Notes under the pieces: generated by a model
What the model was told of the DNA's origin: nothing
The model's input: the letters and a program-made list of their open reading frames with translations, nothing else
Databases searched by the model: none
Source: Octopus vulgaris
Lineage: Eukaryota
DNA length: 64,000 nt
Reading direction: 5' to 3'
Assembly: GCA_951406725.2 (NCBI GenBank)
Contig: OX597832.1
Coordinates: forward strand, 60,698,001 to 60,762,000
Translations under genes and position numbers: made by a program
Shown here: one piece after another, positions 13,470 through 26,147 of the stretch
How positions within the stretch are numbered: position 1 is the stretch's first letter
Layout of the letters: each line of letters starts with the position of its first letter

Positions 13470-13908
13470 CATTATTGACCAGACTCAGATATTACATATC
13501 ACTCCACTCATCACAATGGGCTTTTGCATTGCTTCTGCCTCTGAATGACACCACCCCACTGGCTAGGTGAGCAGGCCAACATTCCTCCCCCGATCAGAAG
13601 TGGAGATGACTGGAACAATGTGAAATAAATTGTTTTGCTCAAGAACACAACACACAGCCACATCTGGGAATCAAATCCATGACGTAAACACACCACCATC
13701 AGTTGTCAAGCAATGTTGGGGGGAACAAACACAGATACACAAACATATATACACTCATACATACGCATATACAACAGGCTTCTTTCAGTTTGTCTATCAA
13801 ATTCACTCACAAGGCTTTGGTTGGCCCGAGGCTATAGTAGAAGACACTTGCCCAATGTGCCACGCAGTGGGAATGAACCCGGAACCACATGGTTGATTCA
13901 CAGCCACT
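13470..13908 (-). mobile_element. Adjacent degenerate family C SINE (~13470-13680) and family A SINE 5' part (~13680-13908)
   Basis: TTGCTCAAGAACACAAC...GGAATCAAATCC (reverse complement of the family C head), followed by the family A body/head with CpG decay. Confidence 0.75.
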
Positions 13909-14285
13909 CAGATGTATAAGTGTATTGATAATTTTCTATTTGAGAGTTTTTTGCCATTTTTACTCATAAGATCCCATGTTTTTGGTCCATGTTGCTTGTT
14001 GTTGAGCCCCAACTTATCTCCGAGTAAACCTATGGTCAAAATAATGCTATCTTTGACCATCATGAATGTATGTAGGACTACATTATCCAATGTCTCTTTC
14101 CTGTTTTCCAAGATAGTTTGGGCTGTTTGATCCAACTTGTTGCACATGTGTGGACATTTTACATATATATATAAGCAAAAATAAATCTCTGAGTGAGGTA
14201 TACACTTTTTCGATATCAGTGTCTTTACGTCACTGGAAAAAAGTATATTTATTAGCAGAGGAAAGCCTACTTTTCATTGACAGTC

Positions 14286-14344
14286 ATGATTGTCACACGC
14301 TGATGACGGGTCAATACCCAGAAACTCGAGTCCGTGTGTATCAT
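14286..14344 (+). ncRNA. Minimal type-I hammerhead ribozyme, near canonical
   Basis: Stem I CACACG(14294-99)/CGTGTG(14333-38), extended by ATGAT/ATCAT; core CTGATGA (14300-06); stem II C-GGGT-caat-ACCC-A; GAAA (14321-24); stem III AC-TCGA-GT with palindromic loop; GTC triplet, predicted cleavage after 14332. Confidence 0.8.
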
Positions 14345-14513
14345 AAGTTGAAGACGGGAAGGATGGCTTCCCTTTGCAAATACTGATAAGGCACAGAAAG
14401 TGTGTCTATAGCCAGCTGGAGGAGGTGTCCTCCTGGGGCTACAAGCTACAGTAGCATCCACCCTTAGGGGTTAGCCATATTTAAATGGCAAATATACTTC
14501 ACTATAGATATAT

Positions 14514-14556
<43 letters not shown>

Positions 14557-14587
14557 AGAAAAAGATTTTGAGAGAGAGAGAGAGAGA

Positions 14588-14733
14588 GATATGTCTGATG
14601 AAGACTAGCAGACCAAAACTTTGAGGTCACTGTCATGCTTCTTGTAAAAAGTTTAATAAACATGGACTCACACTAAAAAATATTGAGTAATCCTTCAGTT
14701 TAATGTTGCTAAATTGTTTTTATAACTTGACAT
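14588..14733 (+). mobile_element. Short repeat carrying a decayed hammerhead motif plus AATAAA (Penelope-like pLTR remnant), copy 1
   Basis: GATATGT-CTGATGA-AGACTAGCAGACC-AAAAC-TTTGAG-GTC-ACTGTC, then AATAAA at 14655-60. Homologous over ~140 bp to the reverse complement of 44915-45085. Confidence 0.65.
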
Positions 14734-14773
14734 AGAAACAAACAATACATTATTTCCTTATCTGTGTGTGTGT

Positions 14774-14804
<31 letters not shown>

Positions 14805-15484
14805 AACTTCTTGTGAATGAGTCACCAAGACCAACATTAAACTGCGAGCAAAGCAAACTTGAACACCATTAATTATTTACACACAATCAGGAAAAGAAAA
14901 ATATCTTTAGTGCTTGCATACACGCACGCACGCGCACACACACACACACACACACACAGGGATAGATATACATACAAGTGCACACGCAATTATCAAACTG
15001 ACTGGGTTTTTTTCCATTTGCTAAACTCTATGTCAGCAACAGGCAGTAACAGCATTATTTTCAAGTGCCACATGATTTATGATCGCAAGAATTGAAAAAC
15101 GACCAATAAATGATCTCTGTTCTGAAGAACCTACTTGACGATTTGGTCAACGCAAGGCTATAGTTTAGCACAGTGGAACTGAACCCAGAATCACATCATG
15201 CTCAAGAAGCAAGTTTCTTAACTACACAGATATGCTTCTGTCTCTGATTATTGAGATAGCAAGTCAACAGAATTGCTAGCAAACTGAAAAAACAGCTGGG
15301 TGACCTTCCCAACGTTGGCCAGTTTATAGTGCATACTGGGCTCTTTTTTGTGACACCAACACTAGTGAAATCACCAAGCAACATGTAAAACAAAAAGAAA
15401 TGGAAAAGCTCCCTCAACTGAGTGTGGGAGAAGGGCATTTGTGAGACAGGAAGGGGGCCTTATATCAAGTGGTGGAGGCTAATG

Positions 15485-15974
15485 CAGTGGTTTTCAACCA
15501 AGGTTCATACAACCCTTGTGGTTCCACATAAGATTTTGTTGCTAAAGTTTATCTACAATAAACTGGGTATACTTCTACAGTATACAAAACATTTTAATCT
15601 TTTCTACTCTAGGCACAAGGTCTGGATTTTATGGGGTGGGTGACAGTCGATTTAGATCAACCCCAGTACACAACTGCTACTTAATTTATCAACCCTGAAA
15701 TGATAAAAGGCAAAGTCAACCTCAGTGGAATTTGAACTCAGAACATAAAGACAGGCAAAATACCACTAAGCATTTTACTTCATGGTGCTAATGATTCTGC
15801 CAGCTTGCCGCCTTACACAAAATATTCTAATGATTATTTTTATACAATTCCTAATAATATTTAATTCTAAAAATATAGAATTTTTTAAACATCAAATGGC
15901 TCTCAGGGTCCACCTGAGTAAAAGAGGAACCGAAAGGCTCCTTCAGTAAAAAAAACAATGGCTGAGAACCGCTG
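15485..15974. mobile_element. hAT (Charlie-like) MITE with a nested SINE-B (15598-15814, minus)
   Basis: TIRs CAGTGGTTTTCAACC / GGCTGAGAACCGCTG; 8-bp TSD ggctaatg (15477-84) / ggccaatg (15975-82), 7 of 8 identical. Confidence 0.8.
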
Positions 15975-17249
15975 GGCCAATGTATGATAGTCGAACAAGC
16001 ACATATGTTATACTATAGAGGACATACATGGCTACCCTGTATTATATGAAAGTGGGAAAGGAGCAACAGGAAGAGAGATAACAATGATGGTGACAGGATG
16101 TAAGAGGTAAACTGCACACAACACCTTTTCACCCAGCATTCACCCTCAATCTCCATTCATGCATACACCACCTCCACCAAAGATTGAACCTTGGTGCTGT
16201 ACATTACACTTTCACTCATTTATCTGATGCTTGCTCAGTCTTTCTTGTGACTAATTACTCTGCGTTGTTGCATTTCATACTTGCTAACATCACGCATCCA
16301 ATGATGTGTGAAGTTAGCCTATATCATCATTAATTGATAGGCAAGCGGGAGAAGGCTCGTTAATTGAGATTATTATCAGTGAAAATAACGAGGTTGCTAT
16401 TGGTGAAAATAACATCATTTGGATCCCCCATGGTGGTGGTGGTGGTGATGGGATAACCAATAAAGAAACTTCTTGTGGTGTATTGTCTTGCTGGAAATAA
16501 CAACAACATCTTCCTCAAATCACACTTGTCCATTTCAAAATATATAGGAGACTGCATTCGCTGTAGTCCTACACACAATGTGTCTGAATTAAAAATGTTA
16601 AAAAAGACAGGATGGCCATGACTGGGATGCCGTTGATCATAAGCTAAGTTTGCTCCATCTGGCCTGACCTGGGGATAAGCATCAACAATGATAACCATGG
16701 AAATTTGAGTCAACAATGAAGCCACTTTGTGTGTGTCTTCAATAGCTAGAAACAGCAGCCAAATCTCCTTCAAATGTAAGAATTGACAGTGAGGGCTGTA
16801 ATTCACCAATCAAAATGAAGTCTGGGATACACTGTGTCTGAATATGTAAGACAAGACTACAAGACTGTCATGGTTGGACTGACCTGCTCTTAAAACAATA
16901 ACAAGATAAGAGGCAAACTTGATCCTTGCCCACATCCCCCAACCTGATCACCCCCTATGCTGTATAGATGGTATCCTCCAAATTAACAAAGGAGGAAGAG
17001 TAGAGAAGGGGATGGAGTGAAAAGGAATTCCTTCTCCCAGTCCAGTCCTGTCAATTCTTATTTTATCAATTTCAGCAAGAATCCTGGTGGGGAGTGTGAA
17101 AGGTCAAGTTGACATTCCGCAGACAGAACGCAAGAAAGTGGAGAGAAGCAGACACCAAAATTACCCAAAGCATTTATAGCCTGGCACTTTACCATTTCTG
17201 ACACCTACTCCAGGGGGGAAAGTCAGGTATTTCATTTTATTTCTTATCT

Positions 17250-17512
17250 ACAGACATACATACATACATGCATATGTACATATGAACATACATATGTACA
17301 TACATACATACGTACGTACATACATACATACGTACATACATATGTAAATACGTACATATGTACATAAACATACATACATACATAAACATAAATACATATG
17401 TACATACATATATTTAAACATACATACATATGTATACAAACATTTGTATACATACATACATACATATATATGTAAACATATGTACATATACATATATACA
17501 CACACACACATA
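17250..17512. repeat. (TACA)n-rich compound microsatellite
   Basis: Directly visible. Confidence 0.9.
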
Positions 17513-18589
17513 CAGTGATTCTGTTCTGAATTTACTAGAATTAATCATTTCTAGTCTGTCTATTTTTTTTATGTTTTTTAAAAGGTCTTATTTAGCCCTA
17601 GGTCAGAAAAATTATGAAAAACCTTCCTACTGTTGCCCACCCCCACCCACTTGAGTTGCCCGTGCCTATGAGAAGGCAAGCCAAAACGAAACTCATTATC
17701 TAACATGTCTAAGGTAGGATGTGGTTTGGGCAAGATTTAGTTGCTATTTCTAGTAAATCAAAGGACCACATTGAGGCTGCCTCATTGACTGGGGTGGGGT
17801 TAGGGTTTGCGTTAGGAACAGTGAGACTGATTTAAATGAAGCTAAATTTGAAGATCTGCAAGTCAATGGCTGTAAGGGAAAAAGCCTTCTTCTCAAAACT
17901 GTCAGCCTTGCATTTAAAGCAGAAACCATTATTATCACAACAGACATGGAATAGAGAGGACAGGTTATTAATAATGTTGCAAACGGTGATGAAAAGATTC
18001 TAATAAACCCAGCTAACTAACTGACCAAATGATTAATCAAACAGTTGGTAATAAAAGAAGTGAAACGGACCTAGTGTAAGTGTTTCTGTTGGCATAATGA
18101 CCAACCCTCCCAAGATACATTATTTTTTACTTTGTAGACTGTATTTTGTAAAACTGTATCAACAACTTAGATGGTATTTGTTTCAAATCATGGAAGGCCA
18201 GTCAAGGACAATATGTATAAAGGACCAAGCTAGGGAGTTTACTCTTTTCCTGGAATATATTTACGTAATCAACTCTGGTCTATTTACAGAAGCATTATCT
18301 CAAGAGATGTTGGTAAATGAGTGGGCAGAAGGTTAACCTAGCAACTTGGTTCAAATCCTACAACTAGCACAGTTGGGTATTTGTTATATCTAACAGAGAG
18401 AATTCTCATCACTTCAGCCAAAAGAGAAAACTTTTAAGAGATCATACAGCCTGCTGGAATGTAATTAATGACCTCACTTTGGAATAATGTGCTTTGTGTT
18501 TCATTCTCATTGCGTGGTACAGCAAGAAGCCAATGGCAACACTGTGTCTGTGTTTCCCTGGTTCCGATCATGTGCTGATTAGAAATATA

Positions 18590-18736
18590 TTTCTTTATTG
18601 CCCACAAGGGGCTAAACATAGAGGGGACAAACAAAGACAGACAAAGGGATTAAGTCAATTACATCGACCCCAGTGCGAACTGGTACTTTATTTATCGACC
18701 CGAAAAGGATGAAAGGCAAAGTCGACCTTGGCGGAA
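18590..18736 (-). mobile_element. SINE family B 3' part with LINE-like tail
   Basis: Reverse complement of 11100-11242; a similar copy lies at 30270-30397. Confidence 0.85.
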
Positions 18737-19745
18737 ATAAAAGCACTGTCCATACTAAATTGCACTGTCGTTGTTTGCAATCTGCCAGGAAAACATGACT
18801 GGCCATTAAACTGTTTGTTATTCCATGAATCAGGGGAAATACTGTCTGCATCACTAATGTATAAAGGGTTGACAAGAGGAAAAGCATCTGGACGGAGAAG
18901 ATCTGCCTCAATAGGTTTCATCTTTCTCATGGAAACACGGACACCTGACACACCTGTATACACCTTTTCAAGCAACATCAATTGGATGGGAGAGAGTGAG
19001 CTTGTCTGAACACAAACATTTGATCGCTATAAACAAATCATTTATGCAGGTCGCTTAGCAAAAAGTGAACGCTCATACATAGTTTTGGATGAGAGAGTCC
19101 TTGGAGTAAAGATTATTTACCAACAAAACATGACTGTCCTGGTTTAGGACGAATGTTGCTGTAATTTATCCCCAGGAAACAAGATGTCACGCAGTGGGAT
19201 TGAACCTAGAACCATATGGTTGGTAAAGAAGCTACTTACCACACAGCCACTCCTGCACCTATACATACACATATGATATGGACAGTAGACACTGAATGAT
19301 TATATATATATATATATACACACACACACTTGTAGCTTCATGAATATTTGAAAGTGTCTGAGAGTGTTTAAGTGCAAGAGAAGTGACATGTCCCCCCTCC
19401 TCTTTGCCGCCATCACCACTAGTCACATTGTCCCCTCGGTATACAGCTGGTGTGCAGTACAGTAGTGGTGATGGAGTTGGTGGTAGAGGCGGGGGGTGAG
19501 GGCCTTTACTGTGTTATTAAACCGGAGGCGGGTGAGGAGAGTGTCAACTGCTAGTTTCTTTGAAACACAGCCAGCCAGCCGAGACACACACTCTTTCTCT
19601 TCTCCCCCCCCCCCGTTCTCTCCTACTTTCTATCTTGTTACTCACCCCCCCTCTTACCCTCTCTTTGACTCCTTCCTTTAGACAAACATGCATCATTTCA
19701 ACTCATTAAATACTGCATATGCCTACAGCATCATTAATATATAAC

Positions 19746-19790
<45 letters not shown>

Positions 19791-20005
19791 AAGTGGGGGA
19801 GACCTGTTTAGCACCTGTAAGTGCTGTATTTACCCAAACCCAACCACCCGCCCAGCTAGCCAGACAGCCGTCCACACACACACACACATACATACATACA
19901 CCCCACCCAACCCCTTATTTCCTAGCTTTTGTATTATTGTTTCCCAGCTAATTAAGGGATAACCTGTAAACTGGTTAGTTAAGTGCACACAATGGAAAAT
20001 GTATA

Positions 20006-20044
<39 letters not shown>

Positions 20045-20841
20045 GTATGTATGTATGTATGTATGTATGTATATTTGTGTGTGTGTGTGTGTGTGTGTGA
20101 TGAGGAAAAAGATAAGGACAACTTCCATTAAGGGTGGCAATAAGGAGGGGTTGTTTTCCTAATGATTTTTTAGTTTTGTTTTCTATTTCATTTTTTATTC
20201 CTGAGCAAGGCAGACTGTGTGAAGCATGGGCATAGATAAATCTAATGCTACAGGGTGTGTATGTATCATGCATAAACATACAATACATATGTAACTGCAT
20301 TGCATGCATAATATATGCATACACAAACATATATGAATATATATAGATTGATATATGTACATACAATGTACACACACACACACACACACACAAACACATA
20401 TGTATATTTATGATCGGGTTTTTGAAGAATTTTGTTTCACAATCAGATAGTTCCCTCTGTATGGCACCACAGATAAATGTCCCCTAAAATACAGACCAGA
20501 GTGTTGGTACACAGAAATTACTTCAAAAGGCCATCAAATGGAATTTATCTCGTCTCATTCAAGAGCCAAGCCATATCACAGACACACAGCACTGCAATAA
20601 AACAACATCTGGAGAAGAAAGTCATATGCAACGAATACACTCAAAACTAATTATTCTACACCATGCGGCAGTAAAACCTCCCATATTTTAAGCTACCATT
20701 GTTACAGCACTAGTGAAGATAGGCAGGTAGTTCTGCTATCTTTGAGCAGCTTATGCTTTACCATTTTGGGGTTATTTTAGATATTTTTTTACATTTTTAG
20801 TTACTGTTATCATTTGGAGTGGGGCATGCTTTTTTTTTTAT

Positions 20842-21212
20842 CTTTTACTTATTTCAGTCATTTGACAGCGACCATGCTGGAGCACCACCTAGAAGGTTTT
20901 TAGCCAAATCAACTCTAGTTCTGAATTTTTCATTATTTATTATAAATTGGTACATATTTTATCAGTCACTTTTTGTTGAACCACAAAGGCACTGGGATGT
21001 AAACAAGGAAGGACCAGTTGCCAAGATATGCAGGACAAACACAAAATCACACACAGATATATGCGTAACAGAATTCTTTTGGTTTTTGTCAACCAAATCC
21101 ACTCATAAGGTTTTTGTGAGCACAGGACTATAGCAGAAGACTCTTGCCCAAGGTGCCATGCAGTGGGACTGAACCTGGGACCATGTGTTTGTGAAGCAAC
21201 CACACCTGCGTG
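20842..21212 (-). mobile_element. SINE family A, degenerate full length
   Basis: Tail-to-head homology with 63015-63385. Confidence 0.8.
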
Positions 21213-21523
21213 ACAAATGCTTTAAGATTTATTTTAATTTTTGCACTGTCAATATGCAAAGCCACATGCCCGTGTGTGAGGATGTATATATACAAACAGC
21301 ATCATCATCATAGTTATCCTTACCATTCTGTTAGCTTTCCAAGCTGGTGTAAGAGGATTCAACAGGCTGGAGAACCATGCCTAGCCCTTAAGCCTCAGTT
21401 TAGGTATAGTTTCTGCAGCTGGATGCCCTTTTCATGCCTAGACCCCATCTCCCTTTTTTTTTTTTTTTTTTTTTACACAGTTTTTACCAATTCCAAACCA
21501 ATTTATATTTGTATAACTGTGTG

Positions 21524-21589
<66 letters not shown>

Positions 21590-21639
21590 CCCCAGCATGG
21601 CCACAGCTCATTAGCTGAAACTGGAAAAATCAAAATCAA

Positions 21640-21795
21640 GGGCTTCTTTTCAGTTTTCGTCTACCAAATCCACTCACAAGGCTTTGGTCGGCCCGAGGCT
21701 ATAGTAGAAGGCACTTGCCTAAAGTACCACGCAGTTGGACTGAACCTGGAACCATGTGGTAGAGAAGCAAGCTTCTTACCACACAGTTGTGCCTA
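21640..21795 (-). mobile_element. SINE family A 5' half
   Basis: ggcttctttt cagttttcgtctaccaaatccactcacaagg...cttaccacacag. Confidence 0.85.
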
Positions 21796-21797
21796 TA

Positions 21798-21925
21798 CAG
21801 TAATCCCTCGACTATCATGGATGTTATCCAAAACCTCCCACAGAAATAATTAAGATCTAAAAAAAATATAAATACCAACCAGCCGCAGACACCTGGATAT
21901 GCTAAGGAGTCCGCGATATAAATTT
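21798..21925. mobile_element. Tc1/mariner (Tigger/pogo-like) terminal fragment
   Basis: TA followed by CAGTAATCCCTCGACTATC..., resembling Tigger-type TIR starts. A similar stub (CAGTAGCACTTCAGTTTACGAAC) lies at 12757. The other end was not found. Confidence 0.4.
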
Positions 21926-22836
21926 CCATATATTAGCCAGAAAAATCTACGATACTTGGATGAACATTGAGAGATTGTCTTAGCCCATTTGCCTTCGTAC
22001 AGTTGATTTCTGTAGTTATTATCAGTGTATTTTGGCAATTTGAATAAGAGTTTTGACTGTTATTTCCAGCAGGTAGACATAGATAGTATATCCTTTGATA
22101 AATTTTTATATATATATATATTATAGATAGATATAGATATTTATAATTAGTGTGGAAAGGCGCAGAGCCATTAAAAAACACACACAAACTGCCAAGTTCA
22201 CTTAAACATTTATTATTTGGTGCCAAAATGTTCAACCTACAGTGTTGCTCAAGTGGCTAGAAACAACAACCAAATCTCAAAACCCACATATATAATCTTA
22301 AAAGAACACAGAACAGTGCTTGATACACATATGTCTGAAACTGGAAAAGGTGCAATGCTCAAAGTTAGAATACGACTGATCGACAAATTCAGAATTATCA
22401 ACACACAGAATAAACTACACTATATTCTTCAAAAATTCCACAATTCTTAGAATTCACCAACACCACTTTTGACACACCTCTACACACTTTCTTCTTCATG
22501 GTTTTTTGGTCATTTTGTATTTTATTTTGCATAATCTACATGAATTTTTGAGTTTCATTGCTGTCTTTCTATCTCTGTCTCTCTAACTTTTTCTCAGAAT
22601 TACCCTTGAGCAATATATGCAATAAGCTCATTACCATTTTTGATCAGAGATAATCTTTATTCTTTCTTTCTTTATTTATTTATTTGACAACGCAGCGAAA
22701 TAAGGATGACTAAAGCTAGAAAAATCTTCATTGACATGCTAAAGCTTGGATTTTACTGCACCCACATCACAGGAGAACCACACTACACAAGTAAATTAAT
22801 GTGTCAGATGGTCAGTCTTAATTTAATTATGATCAT

Positions 22837-22996
22837 GCAAGTGTGGCTGTGCGGTTAGGAAGTCTATTTCCCAACCTCATGATTTTAGGTTCAGTCCCAC
22901 AACACAGCACCTTAGGCTAGTGTCTTCTGCCACAGCTCCAGGTCAACCAAAGCCTTGTGAGTGGATCTGGTAGATGGAAACTGGAAGAAGCCCATT
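22837..22996 (+). mobile_element. SINE family A 5' half, degenerate
   Basis: GTGTGGCTGTGCGGTTAGGAAG...GGTTCAGTCCCAC...GCCTTGTGAGTGGATCTGGTAGATGGAAACTG. Confidence 0.8.
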
Positions 22997-23831
22997 ATCT
23001 ATTAGTTGTAAATGAATGCCACAGTCATACAAACAGTGTCCTTCATTCCTGGTTATGAGGAAATAATACCTTACTTGGAAAATGGTAAAAGTTGGTGACC
23101 AACAAGGACATTATCCGGCTGCAGAAACTCAGCCTCGTAAAAGTGGATGCAAAAATGATGATGATGTATGTAACTGCATTAATGTTTGTATCTCTTTGTC
23201 TTATCACCACATGGTTGTTGTAAATGAGTGTCACTGTTATACCAGCAGTGTCGTTCACATTCATTCAATATTCTGCAAAAATGTTTGGCCCATGGGGAAA
23301 TAATATTATCTTGCTTGGAAAACAAGTGATAGTGGGTTGGCGACAGGAAGGGCATATGGCCACAGGAGACAACACATGGAAGCACGAGAAACGTGAACGT
23401 GACGATGAATCACCAAGACTATGTCACCTGCCAAATATTTTTAGACAGGTCCATCACCTTCACTCCAGACAGGTCTTTTATAATTTGCATACGGGGTTAT
23501 GCGGATGTGTGCCAAAAGTGGCTGTTCAGATACGTGTGTTCCTGCAAAAGGCCAACAGACTTATGCAAGGTACTATCTAGGTGACTGGCAACACACACCA
23601 ACTCACGTATACACACGCATGCGCACACACACACACACAAAGCTAGCTTCATATGATAGTTATATAAAGGTAACTGCGACACATACACAGAACCAAAGAC
23701 ACACATATATACACAACTAGCTGCACAGTGTAGTTATTTAAATAAAGGTAGCTGTCACACATACATGTACATATGTATGCTCACATACAGGCACATGACT
23801 CAATGAGAAAATAGGAAGGTAGTTGATTGAT

Positions 23832-24040
23832 TGATTTGCTAGAAATAGCAGCCAAATTTCCCTTGAATCGTAAACTGACACCTTTAAAAAAAAAGGGAAG
23901 ATATATATGATAAATGTGGTCCTGAGTTCCTTGAACACAGGAAAAAAATACAAGGTGGTGGGGTGGGTCACAGCTGGAATGCTTTTGATCATGTATAGAT
24001 CTGCTTGATCAAGAGTGACTTGGGGTTAAACAAAATACAA
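23832..24040 (+). repeat. Unclassified ~200-bp interspersed repeat (family D), representative copy
   Basis: Motif TGCTAGAAATAGCAGCCAAATCTCCC...GGTCAYRGCTGGAATGC..TTGATCAT...GGGGCTAAACAACAA. It recurs, whole or in part, near 9680, 13990(-), 16490, 16745, 22255, 24515, 27290(-), 29950, 30875, 47370, 47797, 51395(-) and 60400. Confidence 0.75.
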
Positions 24041-24083
24041 TTAATGTACCATATGGCAAGTTATATGATGACAGTTGGCATAG

Positions 24084-24117
<34 letters not shown>

Positions 24118-24734
24118 ATAAATACTTACATACATACATATATATAAATACAAATTCATATACATACATATATATATATATATGTATATATATCACATAT
24201 ACATCTATACATACACAACGGTAAATAATTAAGAATAGATGTGTGTGAGGGTGTATATATATTTTTGGGCATATGTTAATGCTAAGCTCTTGTCTGAAGT
24301 TGACTTTTTGAAGCAGGTTCAATTCCCAGTTAATCCATTCCTCACTCTCTCTCTCTTCTCTCTCCACCAGCTTCATCTGAAAATCAGTCTTGATCAATAG
24401 ATTGGAGAGAGAGAGATAGAGAGAGGGGGGGGCAGCTGTGCCAGGCTGACATGTCTACCACAAACATCGTAAGATCAAATCAATGAGCCTGCCAATATAT
24501 TGGTCATAATATCTGCTAGAAATAGCAACCAAAATCTCCCCTCAGATCACATAAAACTACCTTCCACAACAACAACAAAAACAGCATGCTGAATTCCTGG
24601 GCTACATTTATGATCTGAATAACACAGGGTGGGTGGTCATGGTTTGAGTGTCTTACGTTATGGGTCCCAGCTCAATCAAAGGTTAACTGGAGGATTGGAG
24701 GGAAAGAGGGGTTTAAATAACTATGGGAGATATG

Positions 24735-24952
24735 TGTGTGTGTGTATATGTTCGTGTCTGTGTTTGTCCCCTACCTCTGCTTGACAACCGGTGTTGGTGT
24801 GTTTACATCTCTGTAACTTAGCAGTCAGGCAAAAGAGACCTATAGAGTACTAGGCTTAAAAAGAAAAAAACTACGAATGTCCAACTCATTCAACTAAAAT
24901 TCCTCAAGGCAGCGACCCAGAACGGCTGCAGTCCAATGACAGAAACAAGAGA
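24735..24952 (+). mobile_element. SINE family A 3' half
   Basis: GCTTGACAACCGGTGTTGGTGTGTTTAC...GCAGTCCAATGACAGAAAC. Confidence 0.75.
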
Positions 24953-25108
24953 TATATATATACATACACACATACATACACATTTATATATACACATATA
25001 CTTACACATATACATGCACATAAACATACATAAATAAATACACACACGTACATGCATAAATACACACAATGCACATATTAATAAATACACACGCACATAT
25101 ACATAAAT

Positions 25109-25152
<44 letters not shown>

Positions 25153-26147
25153 CACACACACACACATAAATATAAAAAAACACACACACATACATAAATA
25201 CACACAGACACTCATATATACATAAATACACACACGCACATATATACATAAATACACACACGCACATATCTACGTATATATATTTACGTCTTTGTTTTAC
25301 AAGAATTCCAGCCATTCTTGCCAGTTCCTATTTCTTCACTCACAGGTACCGCGTTGTGTTCTGAAAACAAAGGGTTCTATTTTTTTCCCTCGCGAGTTTG
25401 TAGCACATACCCTGTCCCCCACCCTCTCTCGCACACACATGCCAAACAACCCTTCCTCTATCCCCCCACCCACCCACCCGCGCAACCGCTGCCGACGCCG
25501 CTAAATACTTTGGCACACACTGAAGAACAAACAAGAGAACTGGGAGGTAGTTTTGATATTTTCCATGCTTCCTTCATTCATCTCACCCTCCAGCATCCAC
25601 CTTCCTCCCATACAATGTCTAAGAGTGTGTGAAAAGCACAGATGGTTGCGTTGCCAGGTTACCAGACAAACCAAACAAGAAAGGTGTCTTAGAAATTGTT
25701 AAGAACGGTGGACTGGTGGAATTGCTAAAGAGCAGCAGCAGCAGCAGACAGAATGTATTGCGATGTTTATCGTTCTGAGTTCAAATCCTACCTACACAGT
25801 CGACTCAGTTTTTCATCCTTTCGAGGTGATTAATAAAAAAAATATAAAAAGGGCCGTTAAAGTACGGTGGTACTTTATCGTAATCAACTTTTATAACCCC
25901 AACGAAAATTATTTGCGAAGTCGATACTGCTTTTCATCCTTTTGCGGTGATTTAAAATAAAGGACCAAAGTACGGCTATATTTTATTATAAACAAGTGTT
26001 ATAATCCCAACGAAAATTCGTGACCATTTTTATGTGTACAAGAAACCTTTTATTGTTGTTGAGAGAGGGGAATACAGAATCAAAGTGACACTGGGATACA
26101 AATACATGAAGCCCAATAAATCCATCATGACTACTCATGTTATGGAT

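Noticed and set aside
17815-17953. Protein-like open frame (RNSETDLNEAKFEDLQVNG...) on the plus strand
   Set aside because: Short, no start codon or convincing splice pair, no recognisable domain.
20506-20691. ~60-codon stop-free plus-strand frame
   Set aside because: Length expected by chance; no homology or splice support.
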